From the NCBI GenBank assembly GCA_045837725.1, contig JBEWZL010000265.1:62001-83667 (forward strand): a stretch of 21,667 bases of DNA, given 5' to 3'. This document shows positions 8,776 to 20,200 of the stretch, one piece after another (the first letter of the stretch is position 1; the number at the start of each line of letters is the position of its first letter). The DNA comes from Vermamoeba vermiformis (lineage: Eukaryota). The translations under genes were made by a program, and so were the position numbers. Below the pieces are notes generated by a model, which worked only from the letters and a program-made list of their open reading frames with translations, did not search any database and had not been told where the DNA came from.

Positions 8776-9140
8776 TTTTTTTGTTGTGGTTCAAAGAGTG
8801 AACAAAAACTTTTTGGACCAATCACATCACAGGAAGAGTTAGTCTAGGGCTCCAGGACCCTAGCATGCAGTAGCATCGCTAGAGGCAACGCAAGGCACTA
8901 CACTGTCGATCTACTAGTGCAAAGACCACCATGCAGCAAGATCTTGGCGGGAAAGTTAAGTTTTGGAAAGAAGGTCCGAGACTTAGGCATCCTATTAAGT
9001 AGAAGCTCTGCAACTCTCCACCCGGTCCCTGCAGTTGTTAGTTAAAAGGCAACCAAATGAATGCACAAGGAAGCCCGTGTGTAATTATTTTTTTTTTGTT
9101 GTGAAGCAAAGTTGTGAAACAAAAAGTTTTTGGACCAATC
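8776..9140 (+). repeat. Two diverged direct copies of about 50 bp (8776-8823, 9088-9140)
   Basis: T-tract-GTTGTG...CAAAG..GTGAA(A)CAAAAA.TTTTTGGACCAATC is present in both. Confidence 0.75.
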
Positions 9141-9401
9141 CCAGAGAGCCTGCTGTGAATCTCACAGGGTGGAATTGTGCAGGAATAGGAACACTCACAA
9201 GTTAGGCCATTGCTGGTAAGCACTGGGTATTAAGGGAAGTATAGCTATGAAAGTTGACACATTCCAGTGTTCTTCGAAAACCGATCCGATATTTTTTCAC
9301 AACCAATGACTAAATCTGCCTAATAGAAAGCATCAGTATAGTTAAACTCACGAGCACCAACAAATTAGAGTCACTAGGTAATAAACAAAGCCAACAGCAA
9401 C

Positions 9402-9890
9402 GAGAAATTTCATTCGAATAAAATTTATAAAATTCTTCTGCAGTAGATTTTTCTTGCGCTTACTTTGAGATTTAATGCTGCTCAAATGGGTTGCCAATAC
9501 CTCATATCAAGCTGTCTGCAATATATGGGCAAAGAGAAGGTCAACAGGCACCCAACTAGCAAGGTGAGCACAGATCTGAATCCGATCCAAAGTCAATTTT
9601 TTTTTTGCTTTGCTTACTCTCCCTGATGGCAGAAATAATAGGAATTGACGCGGAGCTCTCTATATTAAAGCATAAGTAGCTGGGCCAGTAGAAAGGAGAA
9701 ATTTCAGGTTAATAAACTTAATAAAAATCTTCCACAGTAGAATTTTATTATTTTTAGCGTTGTGAGATTTCATGTGGCTTAAATTGTGATGTGTGCTTCA
9801 TATTGAGCTATCTGCAGTATCATTCAATAGAACAGGTCAACAGGCACGAGATGAGCAACATGAGTCCCCGATCTGAACTCGCATCCAAAG
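9402..9890 (+). repeat. Diverged direct duplication of about 190 bp (9402-9592, 9696-9890)
   Basis: Collinear blocks GAGAAATTTC, CAGTAGA, TGAGATTT, TCATAT..AGCT.TCTGCA, AGGTCAACAGGCAC, GATCTGAA and ATCCAAAG. Confidence 0.85.
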
Positions 9891-10473
9891 GTATTCTGGA
9901 TGCAGGTTGCACAATGGCCCTGCTGACTGCAATGTGCAAAATTAGTGAAAAGGTTTGAGCGTGAAAACCCACACAACTGAGTCAATATAAGGGAGGTATA
10001 ACTGTTGCAGAAGGTTGACAAAATCTCCCCAGAATAATTTTTTCTCTCTAGGGAGATTTCACAACCAAACAAAATCTTTTTTCCAACGGTTCTATTTCAT
10101 TTCAATATTTTGCTGTTATCATGAGTAACACAAATATACGTGTTATGTCAGCAGACCTTGCAGCTGCTGTGCAAAGTCAACAGAGATCTTACGTGGAGAT
10201 CTCAGATCAGTATTGGAAACAGAATGTTCTGGTAAGAATTGCTCAAATAATTAATTTAACTACGTAATAATTTTAATAATAATATTTTAACCTTTACAAG
10301 GTTATTTTGGAGGGTAAAATTGCAATTTAATTTTTTTGTGTCAGATTTGACTTTTTTATTTTCACAGCTCCTCCTAATTCAATATATTTTAATTAAACAA
10401 TATTCCCTATATATTTTTACATATAAATTAATAGCTTTTTAAATAGTCACACCAACTCTCTACTGAGTGGAAA

Positions 10474-13400
10474 ATGGTCACGTGTGCCGAACTCAAGGCA
10501 AATCCCAAGATCTTCAACAAGGCAAATTGCTGTGTCCCAGACTGCAAAGAGAAGGCACAGTACTCGTAAGTAACTCCAATCTATTGTTTTCAAGCCTAAC
10601 TAATCCCTTGTAGCATCCCCACGTCAATAATTGATGATGGCGCAGCAGTGTGCAAAAATCACCTCAGACGCTTCACCATCACGCAAAGCTGCCACCCACT
10701 AAATAAGAAGGAGTCAGTTATTGTTGGTAGAGCGTAAGTATTGTCAGTTTAAATATCTTATTGACTCTAATTTCCTTTCATGTTAGGTTCAACATCCGCA
10801 CTCTAAACCGTGTTGGTCTCAATCGAGTGATCAACAAAATAGAGAAGCATGGTTGGGATTCGAACCAAGGATCCCTCCATGGTGTCATTGTGACAAATGG
10901 CAAGATAAAAAAGGTTGCCATCTTCGCAGGTAAGTAAAAGTAGTTGTTTTTTTGCTTTACTTAGGTTATTAATGGTTTATTGTAGGTCAGCATCGATTTG
11001 AAGCTCTAATTTACTTGTGCGATCTGCACAAGAAGAACTTGGAGCATCAAATCCTTCTTTATGCTTTTGACTCCGAGGTGGAGATGCGAGCTGAAGGACA
11101 CAGCATCCAGTCTAAAGAACAGACTGTGCGTAAGATGTCCTACCTGGAAAAGATCCTCCAGGTGCAGCATTTGGCTCATGAGGCTTATGGGGATACCCAA
11201 GATAATTGGTTTGCAGGCAATCGAACCAAAAACTATTGGGATGCTATTGCTGGTCGCAAACTTCATGGTAAGTTGATTTTTGCTTTAATTAGATCTTTTT
11301 TAACCATTTGTTAAAAGATGTTGAATGGCAGCTGCGGTCGTTGGATTATAATGTACTCAAAGAGCTTTCAACTTACCATGCCAACCATGAGGCAAGGAAA
11401 AAGTTCTTCCAAGTGTAAGTAATACCCAATATTAAACCTCTAAAACTAAAAATAACATGTTCTTTTAGCCCTTTTCTGAAAACTGACCTGCAGTGCTTGG
11501 CAAAATTGCCAAGGAAAGATCAGAAGATTTTCATGGAGCGACAGCAAGCACAGTGGCAGGAGGTTCACCACAAACGTAAGCAACTAGTGTGAGTCATTTC
11601 ACCATTCTAAATCTTTTTTTTAGGTGCTGATGTTAATTCAGCCCAAAATGTTGGCATTATGGCTGAATTGTTTGTTGATCATGCGGTGAAGGCCTTTGAC
11701 AAGCTTCGCAAGCATTACAATGCGCTGGTGAGTTCCTTTTCAATTTTAAATTATTAAAAAAAAAACTGAATGATTCACCCATAGGAGGCACAAGGCAAAG
11801 ACCTTGCTGCATTTAAAAGGAAACTGTGCCAAATTCGAGTTGACCAACAGTTAAGTTGGTCTGCATGGGAAAAGAAGATGGACAACTTCACTTTTTCTGA
11901 ACTTGAGCTGCAGCAACTGGCTGCAGAAAATCCTGCAGTTCCTGTGGCTGGTCAGCAGGAACAACAAGTTGCTGCTCCACCTCTGCAACAAGCAGTTGCT
12001 GAGCAACAGCAAGGAGGAGCAGTGCAGCCTCAGCAGCAGTTAGCTTCTGCTGCACAAGTCCAACAGCCGGTGGAAAATCAGGTGACTCGCCAGGAGCAAC
12101 AGCCATCAGTCCAGGAGCAACAGCAGGTTGTTGCTGATCAACAAGTAACAAATCAGCAGCTGCAAGTGGATGCCCAGACTCCGCAAAAACAAGTCCCAAC
12201 TCTTCCTCCTGCCAACAATAACACTCCTCCAGGGACCCCGATAGATGTTGATGATGAGGAGGAAGCTGAAGCTGGAGAGACCAGCTCAACTCCAAAAAAG
12301 AGAGTGAAAAAAAGAAAGTACGATGGTGGAACTCCTGGTCGTGCCAGAAGAACACCTAAAAAAAATGTTGGTAGTTCCAACACAGAAGACAACAGCCAAG
12401 AGCCTGATGATGGTCAACCAGGCCGTTTCAACACAGCAGGCACCCCGATCCAGAAAAAAGCAGATGTGCAGAAGCAAGATGAAGATGACGAATCAGCTTC
12501 TGTGGACTTGTTTGAAGAGGATGCCAAGCCTGCCCTTAAAATTTTCACTGTCAAAGGAAAAACCCTGCCAATAGCAGCGTTGAAAGATGCAAAGCTTGAT
12601 GTGCTGCTTCTATCCTTGGTGGACAAGGCATGGCGAAGTGATTTTATTGCCTCTTTGGGGCAATACTTGCTTCTTAGTAAGTTATTAATGACCATATATA
12701 CATATTGGCTAATTTCTTTTCAAAGTTGAAGCAAGACTTGGCACCCAATTGCTTTTGCCATTCAAAAGCATTCTCGTCAGCACTAGTGAATCGAGAGCGT
12801 ACTACTTGGCTGGCAATTTTGAATTTACTGAGCCAAGTTTCAAAGGCTTGCATGAGAAAGTCTCGCTGATTATTGAGGTAAGGATAGAAACCTGCTTGTG
12901 CAGATCCAAAACCAGATCTGAATCATTTTTTTTTTGTTTTTTTTATTTGTTTGCCTTATAATACAGCTCTTTATATTTATATTGCCAGCAATAGAGGCTA
13001 AATAACAATCAAATGCGATTGAAATTTCCTTTTAATAAAATTTATAAAAATCTTCTGCAGTAGATTTTATCATCTTTAATGTTCGTAGATTTACAGCGTG
13101 CTAATTCTAGCTTGTACAGGAGTATCCTCCACTCAAAACCAAACGCTTGGCAGCAGTGTTTTACTGCATTCAAAGATTCATTGCCTCACGTAAGTTTTGA
13201 ACAAACTTTTGTTCCTCTGCTTCTAATCTCACCTCATTCTACAGCAAATGACATGATTGTTGGTCTCCTTGAACTCGATGACATGGCCTTCTACGGGGAA
13301 GGTTCCCAGATCATCATGTACTATGGTGAGCAAGTTGCTGCCGAGGGAGGAGAAAAAGATTTCAAAGCATATTCTCAACCCCAACAGGAGGCTTTGGCTG

Positions 13401-14933
13401 ACGTGCATTGCCTGTGCACCACACTAGTCAACGCAGTTGGGGAGAAAGCTGTTGTAACGTGGGAAGAGGTAAGCATAATTAACTTAATCAATTTGAAAAA
13501 AACCAATTAATTATTTTTTTCAGGCTTTAAATCAGCAGCACACCAGTGTTGTGAAGCCAGAGGTCTTTCCTCGTTTATTGTACGAGAGTTACAAGCCTTC
13601 AAGTGCAGTTACCTTTGTGAACACGGGCAATGAAAGCATTTTGTTCACAAAGGAAGTGCCAGCAGGTGAAGAACCCAGGATTGGCTGTGTCTCTCGTAAG
13701 TACTTAGTTTACTAATTATTATCTTTATTTTTACTATTATTAACACCCTTTGCTAATTAGAGGGTGAAGTGCTGCCTGAGATGCTAATCAAGCGCTGCCA
13801 AGCAATCTTTTTTGGTTCTCCATTGAGTCATGGTGTTCTTCCACAGCAAATGGCTTCCAACACAAGTGCATTGGCTGGTTGTGTCAATGAATTCACGTGG
13901 CTCAACTTCCATGCCTTTTCAGCAGTTTTGATGGTGCCACACAAAGCTCCACTTGTTTTGTTTCATGCAGGAACAGCAAATGGGCGGCTCATTTTTGCTG
14001 AATCTAAGTCATTAAACCCTTGGTGTAAGTTTTAAACATATTTTATGTGGAGCCTGTTTCTTAATTACCAAAAAATTCAGCCCAGGAAGCCAAGGATGAT
14101 CCAGCAAACAACTTCAACATAGTTATTGCTAAGCCTGGTGAAGTGCTTCACATCCCTGCTACTGCTAACCCATTTTGGCTTGCTTACTACCCTGACACTG
14201 ATGTAAGCAATTTAGTTAACATTGTTTTGTCTCTACTAACAGGAGTAATGTTTACAGGAGGGAATCAACCAAAATGCCACTGTCCTTGGGTATAGTTATT
14301 ACCCTTGGACATCATTTTTCAAGCGATTCACAGCATCTCCAGTTGTGGATCTTGGATCGTGGTTATTTTGGTTGCAAGTGCAGGACCATGCACTTCCTGC
14401 AAATGCTGAGACTGTCGGGTTTGGCCACTGTTTAGCAGAGTGGTTGGCATATCTTTCCACTGCTCCTGAAACAAAGTTTGCTGCTTCTTCCCTTGCATAC
14501 GTCCATTGCAGCAAGTGCTATGTTCCTCTTATCCATCTCTTGTTCAGAAAAGATCAGGAATCTCGCTGCTTGGAATGCTCTGCAGAGTGGGGCTTTGAGG
14601 GTGTGGAGGTGTGCTGCTCTTCAAAGCAGACTGTCCATCTTGATTTTTGGATTAAAATTGTCGAGTAAGTTTTAGCTGCAATGTTTTCAAGTATTAACCA
14701 TTTTTGCAAGGAAATTACTCTCACTATTGGCTGCACATGGTCTTACTAATGAAGAATTGGTCAAAGCCTGCAAGTCGGCAGCACGAGCAGAAAATTTCAT
14801 CTTTTCCCCTCCAAAACTGGCACCTCCTAGTATTGCTCCTCTCACGCGCCTTCTTAAACCCAAGACAAAGCCAGTGCATCCACCACCAAAGGCTGATGAA
14901 GAGCCTGCAGCAAAGAAGGCAAAAGAGAACTAA
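10474..14933 (+). CDS. Multidomain protein, about 1156 aa: C-x4-C...C-x2-H Zn-finger-like motif, ParB/Srx-like domain, Q-rich/acidic linker with basic NLS-like patch, degenerate JmjC/cupin-like domain, CxxC...CxxC KDM6-type Zn module
   Basis: 16 exons join without stops, all through GT-AG introns: 10474-10565, 10614-10733, 10787-10929, 10986-11267, 11318-11414, 11469-11575, 11624-11727, 11785-12676, 12726-12877, 13120-13189, 13245-13468, 13524-13695, 13761-14024, 14081-14202, 14258-14664, 14711-14933. Motifs: NIRTLNRVGLNRVINKIEKHGW, IFAGQHRFEAL, MSYLEKI, LAKLPRKDQ; KPGEVLHIPA; HCSKCYVPLIHLLF...RCLECS. The gene structure is more certain than the domain names. Confidence 0.85.
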
Positions 14934-15220
14934 AGCCCAAGGGAGACTCTGCTTCAATCATTTTTTTTGGCACTTTTGTTGTTTTTGTTTTGTTTTACAT
15001 AAATAGTAGTTTTTCAGCTATATTGACTCTGATTTGGCCTATTCTCATTTAATTTTGTCTGTTTTTAGTCCACAAAGGGACTTTTGACACTCAAAACCTA
15101 ATAATTTGACACCCAAAAATAAACCCGCCAAAAATATAATGGGTTTTTAGAATCCAATCCTGTTTGTATCTCTATATTGATATTATCACACACAAAGCAT
15201 TATTCAACACTCACGCAACA

Positions 15221-17179
15221 ATGTCCTCCAGTTCCAGCGAAGAAATAAGCTTCTCCGAGCAGATGGCATCTTCAACAAGTTCAGATGTGGATGACTCATT
15301 TGACCAAGTAAGCAAATTATATGATAATATATTTACCACAACGATTGTGCCTATTTTACAGTTATATTACTGTAAAGAGACCATTAAAGTTGTATATTTA
15401 TTTTCCATCTTGGGTTTTTACCTGGATGTCACGTCAAAAAATTCCCCTTTGGTGTCAAATTATTCTCTTTATAATTTATATACAAAATTAAGGAGCAAAA
15501 AAGCTCAAATTAAAAAAAGACTTGCTGAAGATGATATTCAAAAACCTTCAGATGTTACATCCCTCGTTAAAGCAGCGAAAATGAGTGCAAATTCGCTCGT
15601 TCGCTACTCTTCATTATTTATGTTGTGCAAAGATAAAAATTGTCAAATTGCAAATGTTTTAGTCGAGCAATTTAAGTTGCAGAAGGACTTTGTTGATAAA
15701 CATGCTGAAATCATTGCGGAAATGAAAAAATTCTTTGTTGAGTGCAAATCTGCACTTAGTAATGAGCAAAAGACATCCCGCAAAAGGTCTCGTGATTCTT
15801 CTGAACCCTCTGATGATGAGCCTCCATAAAAGACAGACGAAATTGCTCAGCGAAAGGCGAATCTGGATGCGATGGCAGCTGCAAGATCTAAACGTCCAGT
15901 TACCATTGAGTTAAGTCAGGAGTCAGTTCAGGAGGATGATGATGATGCCCTTGAAGATGATGGCCTGCATCTCGACTTTGGCATTGATAATAGTGGAAGA
16001 CAAACTTCAACTATTGTTCATGATAACGCGACCGAGCCATTGCAACACCTCGAAGAGATTATTAAGCAAAGCCAGAAATTATCTACCCTGGAAGCCTTTC
16101 AGAGCCAAGGTGAGGAGGCAACTGTTGCACAGAGAGCCTCCAAGGTTGCTATTGACATTCTTCGAAGCTTCTCTAAATTTGGCATATACCTTCGAATTCA
16201 GAAGAGATCTGCCAAATATTCGCTGCTTGGAATCGGTAATATGTATTCTGAGTCTTACCTTAACCTTTTACCGCATGAGAACATTGATATTATGGTTGCT
16301 TGTGGAAAAAAGCCTCCAGCCTCTTCTGTTGTGAAGAAGATTGTTAACAAGGAGGAAGAAGAAGCAGATAGTATCCTATCTGCAGCAACAAACAACCTTC
16401 TCAATGCAGAGCAAGTAAAACAGCTGAAATCAGCTGTGTTTGCCAAGTCGCTTTATGCTCAAGTAATGAAAGGCAAGGATAAACTGACCATTAATGCAGA
16501 GAAAGCTGAAACTCTGGCATTTTCTCCTGATCTTCTCCATAATCTATTCAAATCCACGGATAAGAACAAGTTCTTGAAAGATGAGCTGTCCACAGAAGTG
16601 AAAATCAATGAATTTCTTGCAGGTGTTCTTGAAAAATCACATGGTGCTTGCAAGGTTGAGCATGAAATTCTTGCAGCAAAGAAACTAAGACTCTTTGCAA
16701 TCGGTTGGATCATTCATGAGAAGGCAAAAGACTTCCACACTCAATTGACTGCAAAGCTTACCAGCAAGAAAACAATTGAAAATGAAGCAAAGGCGGTGGA
16801 AAACCGTCAAAATGCAGAAGAGATCAACAATGAAGTTGCTAAGGAGATTAAACCTGCAGTAAATGCTGCACTTTTGGATTTCTTCAAAACCACCGTCAAT
16901 GATCTCAAGTATAAACGTGTCTTCAGTGGTCATGACTCTGAAATTCTTGCTGCAATATCAAAAGTAACACAAGGAAAGGATGTATTCAGGCACTGGAAGA
17001 ACCAGCTAACTAGATTTTACGCTGTCTGTGAGAAAAGACCTATTTTGCTGTTCTCTTCACTGTCCTATTCATTCTTAGCACGTTACTTTGTGCAACCCCA
17101 TCAAGTTGAGGATGTTTTTAAGCATTTAGAACAGATTAACTTTAGTCCTAGCTTTTGGACGCATCCAGAAAATTGTTAA
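15221..17179 (+). pseudogene. Long helical/charged protein-coding region interrupted by one in-frame TAA (15827-15829); probably the 5' half of the downstream gene
   Basis: ORFs 15164-15829 and 15872-17179 share a frame, and the gap reads through as DDEPP*KTDEIAQRKANLDAMAAARSKR. The likely start is ATG 15221. A GTAAGC donor at 15308 makes the 5' structure uncertain. Confidence 0.6.
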
Positions 17180-17235
17180 TGTGCAAGTAACGCAAAATTT
17201 TTAATATCTCTGTTTGCTTATTATTTTTTTAATAG

Positions 17236-20200
17236 GATGAGCCATTTGAAAGCTTGGTGGAACGCATTGCACGCCTTCGCATTGAAAGAGAGGTCAGCGA
17301 CAAAAATCTACTACAGTAGATTTTATTAATTTTATTCTTGGGAGATTTCCTTAGTCTCAATTACTTACCTCTGCATTGTAGCAAGCTGCTAGTGGTACCA
17401 ATCAAGACGAAAGTTCAACAAGCACGATATTTAGTGAGGTAGGCAGTAATTGGAAAAAGTTTTTTTTGCAAAGTAGTTTTTTCTTGTTTTTTTTTATCTT
17501 TGTAGTAGCTGCAACAAGAAATATTAACGGAAAGCTATCCAGGTAGACACACAGCCAACTGAGCCAGAGACAAAGGTGAAATTTCCTTCGATAAAATTAA
17601 TAAAATCTTCTGTGGTAGAATTTTATCAACTTTATTAAGTTTCAGTTACTTATCCTTGCTTTGTAGGTGGCTAGTTTTGATAGCAATCCAGAGGACAGCT
17701 CTGCGAGCACCATATTTAGTGACAGCAGCAATATTTCCACTGATTTTTTTGTTGATGATGTTTCGATCCGATCTGCAAGCACCATCTTCTCCGATGAAAG
17801 TAATGATGATCCTAAAGGCTCCTCTTGCAGTCAAAGCCAATCCTCAATATGCTACCCATTCATAGCACCGGCAGGACGCAGAGTAAGCAAGGAATCTGAT
17901 GCTGAGGAGAGATCTGCTGGCAGTGACCAAAACAAAGCATTTAGCAAGCAGGCTGCCCTTCCGGCTTTGGAAACAGAGAAGGATAATCCTGTGCATGATG
18001 TTCCTATGTTTTTAGACTGGGCAAACAAGGCATTCCACTCAAAAGATGCGTTGATGGATGCGTTGGTGCCTTTCATTCTGTAAGTGTTAAACTACATGTC
18101 AAGCCAAGTAAATAACAGCACCTTCAAGGGTACGAAATGATGATGGAGGCTATGCTAGTGATGATGAGGTTGCACGTGTAGAGATGCTTAATGAGTTTAT
18201 TCCTCCAACAACTTGGCCTCCTTCAGTCTACACTTTGGAACATCACCATATGGCAACGTCTCTGGAGGTACTAAATAGTTTTTAAGCTTTTTTGACTTAA
18301 TTCATGTTTTAGGCTGCCGATGCATTGGATTACCAAAATGACATTAGAACTTGGATCAGTGATGATGGCAGTTTCTTTGGCTTACCATGCATCAAAACTC
18401 CAGTCACTTTTTACAGCCAACTTGATGCTGATGCAACAGTTCTGTATTCTTCAAAGCTTTCCTTCGTCAAAGAAAAAATGTCAGTGTGCCTTTATCCAAA
18501 GCCAAAGTTAAGGATGCCCAGTTCCAAAGTAACTGTGAAGCAAGGCCTATTGTCCTCAAAATTAAATTTCAAGCTTGGGTATGTTAATGCTTGCATGGTT
18601 GAATTAATAATAACAATTTTCTGTTTGGTAGGGAGGTTAAAAACAGGTTTATTATATGGGTGTGCTTTCCTGCATTGAGCCATGAAGATTATGATCAGGA
18701 TTTCCTCCGCTCTTTTTGGCATGAAGTTATATGGCAGTGTAAGTGCCTACAACCAGCTAGAGTATAGAATAATGTTTTAACACAGCAATTAATTCGGTCA
18801 AACTGGCTGTTCCAACGACAGCACCAAAAGTAACTGCAGATAAAGTTGACATTGCTTTTGCTGCTGGTGTGCCCGGCTTCTCTACTGCAATTAATGCAGC
18901 AGTTTATCCAGCTATTGACGCAGCTGTTAAAAATTTCAAGTGGAAAGCAAAAAAGTGAGTTCTAGCTTGCAAAAATATTTCCCTTTTGCTAAATTATTGG
19001 TAACAGAGTTGAAGTTCTTTTTGTCACGCAGATTTATGGTGATAAAGAAACTCTTCATAGCAAAAAAGATGCCACTGCATTCTTAAGTGATCTATCTGAT
19101 TCCTTTGAGATAGATCGAGTAAAGCTATCTGAGTTGCATTACCTGCAAGACTTGGCATTTGATATTTTGTAAGCACCATGTTTGTAAGATAGACAAAAAG
19201 CTAATATGTTCTTTTAGCCCTGATCCTGAGCTGGAAAATGACAGTTGCTTAAACATTTCATGGAATCCTTTGTTTCTCGAAAGCTTGAAGAAGATCTCTA
19301 CATCCCCTCTCTGTTGGTTGTACAACAAAAAGAATCCAGGTCAACATAACACTAGCTTCTCGAACTTGGGATCTCCATTATTGCAGAGCTTGGATGTTAA
19401 ACACAAGTCAAAAGAATCACCAATTTCAGAAATCAAAGCCTACGCAAGAAGCAGCCAAGAATTCAGGTACAACATGCCCATGAGTCAAAGTTCGTACGCT
19501 ACTCTGCTATTTCCCTTTGAAAGAGTAAATGCCTCATGCCCAGAGAACACTGAATTTCCATCACACTTGCGTCAGAAGTTGAAATGTCAATCTGAACAAC
19601 TGTTCGCTCGAGAAGAAAAAGACATAGCCAATTTATATCTCAGCAACATAGCTTCCAAGAACTATGGTTGCCGTCTTGAAGTGACGTTGGCAGATCCATC
19701 ACAGGAGAGAATTGAGGACGTCTATGATTTCCTTCAATCAACAGCAAAGGAATTTATTAATGTGCACAACTGGCTCTTGGAATTGATGGCAGAAAAGCAA
19801 ATCCCAGAGTGGTGCATTCAATTTAGTCCGTTGCAAGTCATCCCATCAAAAATCGTTGTCCTTCCAGCAAAAATCCAGTATACTGCCATTGACTCCTTCT
19901 TATTCTCCATCTATTCTTCAGTATTCATGCCAGATGGTAAGTTAATATTTTTTTTTAGGCAGTAGCCTAAGTGCTGACTGATTTAAAGGAACAAGAAATG
20001 CTCTTGCTTGTGTAGATTTCTTCTCAGAGGGCTTACAACGACTTGCAATAATTCTGGAGGACTGCTTGCGATTTCTTTGGTGTGGATTTGTTTCCCTTTT
20101 GAAGCACCCTGCTTTATTTTCTGAAATGAACATGGCGCAAGCTTTGAATGAATATGGTCACTTCTACATTGCCCCTGAAATGATAACGATTGCAGATCCT

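Larger units (their letters stand above)
9404..17626. repeat. Dispersed motif family B (about 48 bp): GAAATTTC-N5-6-ATAAAATTWAT followed by a palindrome approximating AAAATCTACTGCAGTAGATTTT
   Basis: Copies at 9404-9451, 9698-9746, 13021-13068 (intron), 17303-17349 (reverse orientation, intron) and 17578-17624 (intron). Confidence 0.85.

Noticed and set aside
11888-12695. Antisense and alternate-frame ORFs over the Q-rich exon
   Set aside because: By-products of the CAG/CAA-rich low-complexity coding strand.
15827-15829. Alternative genetic code (TAA = Gln)
   Set aside because: Several genes here terminate at TAA, and more than 2,500 spliced codons in the intact genes contain no in-frame TAA or TAG.
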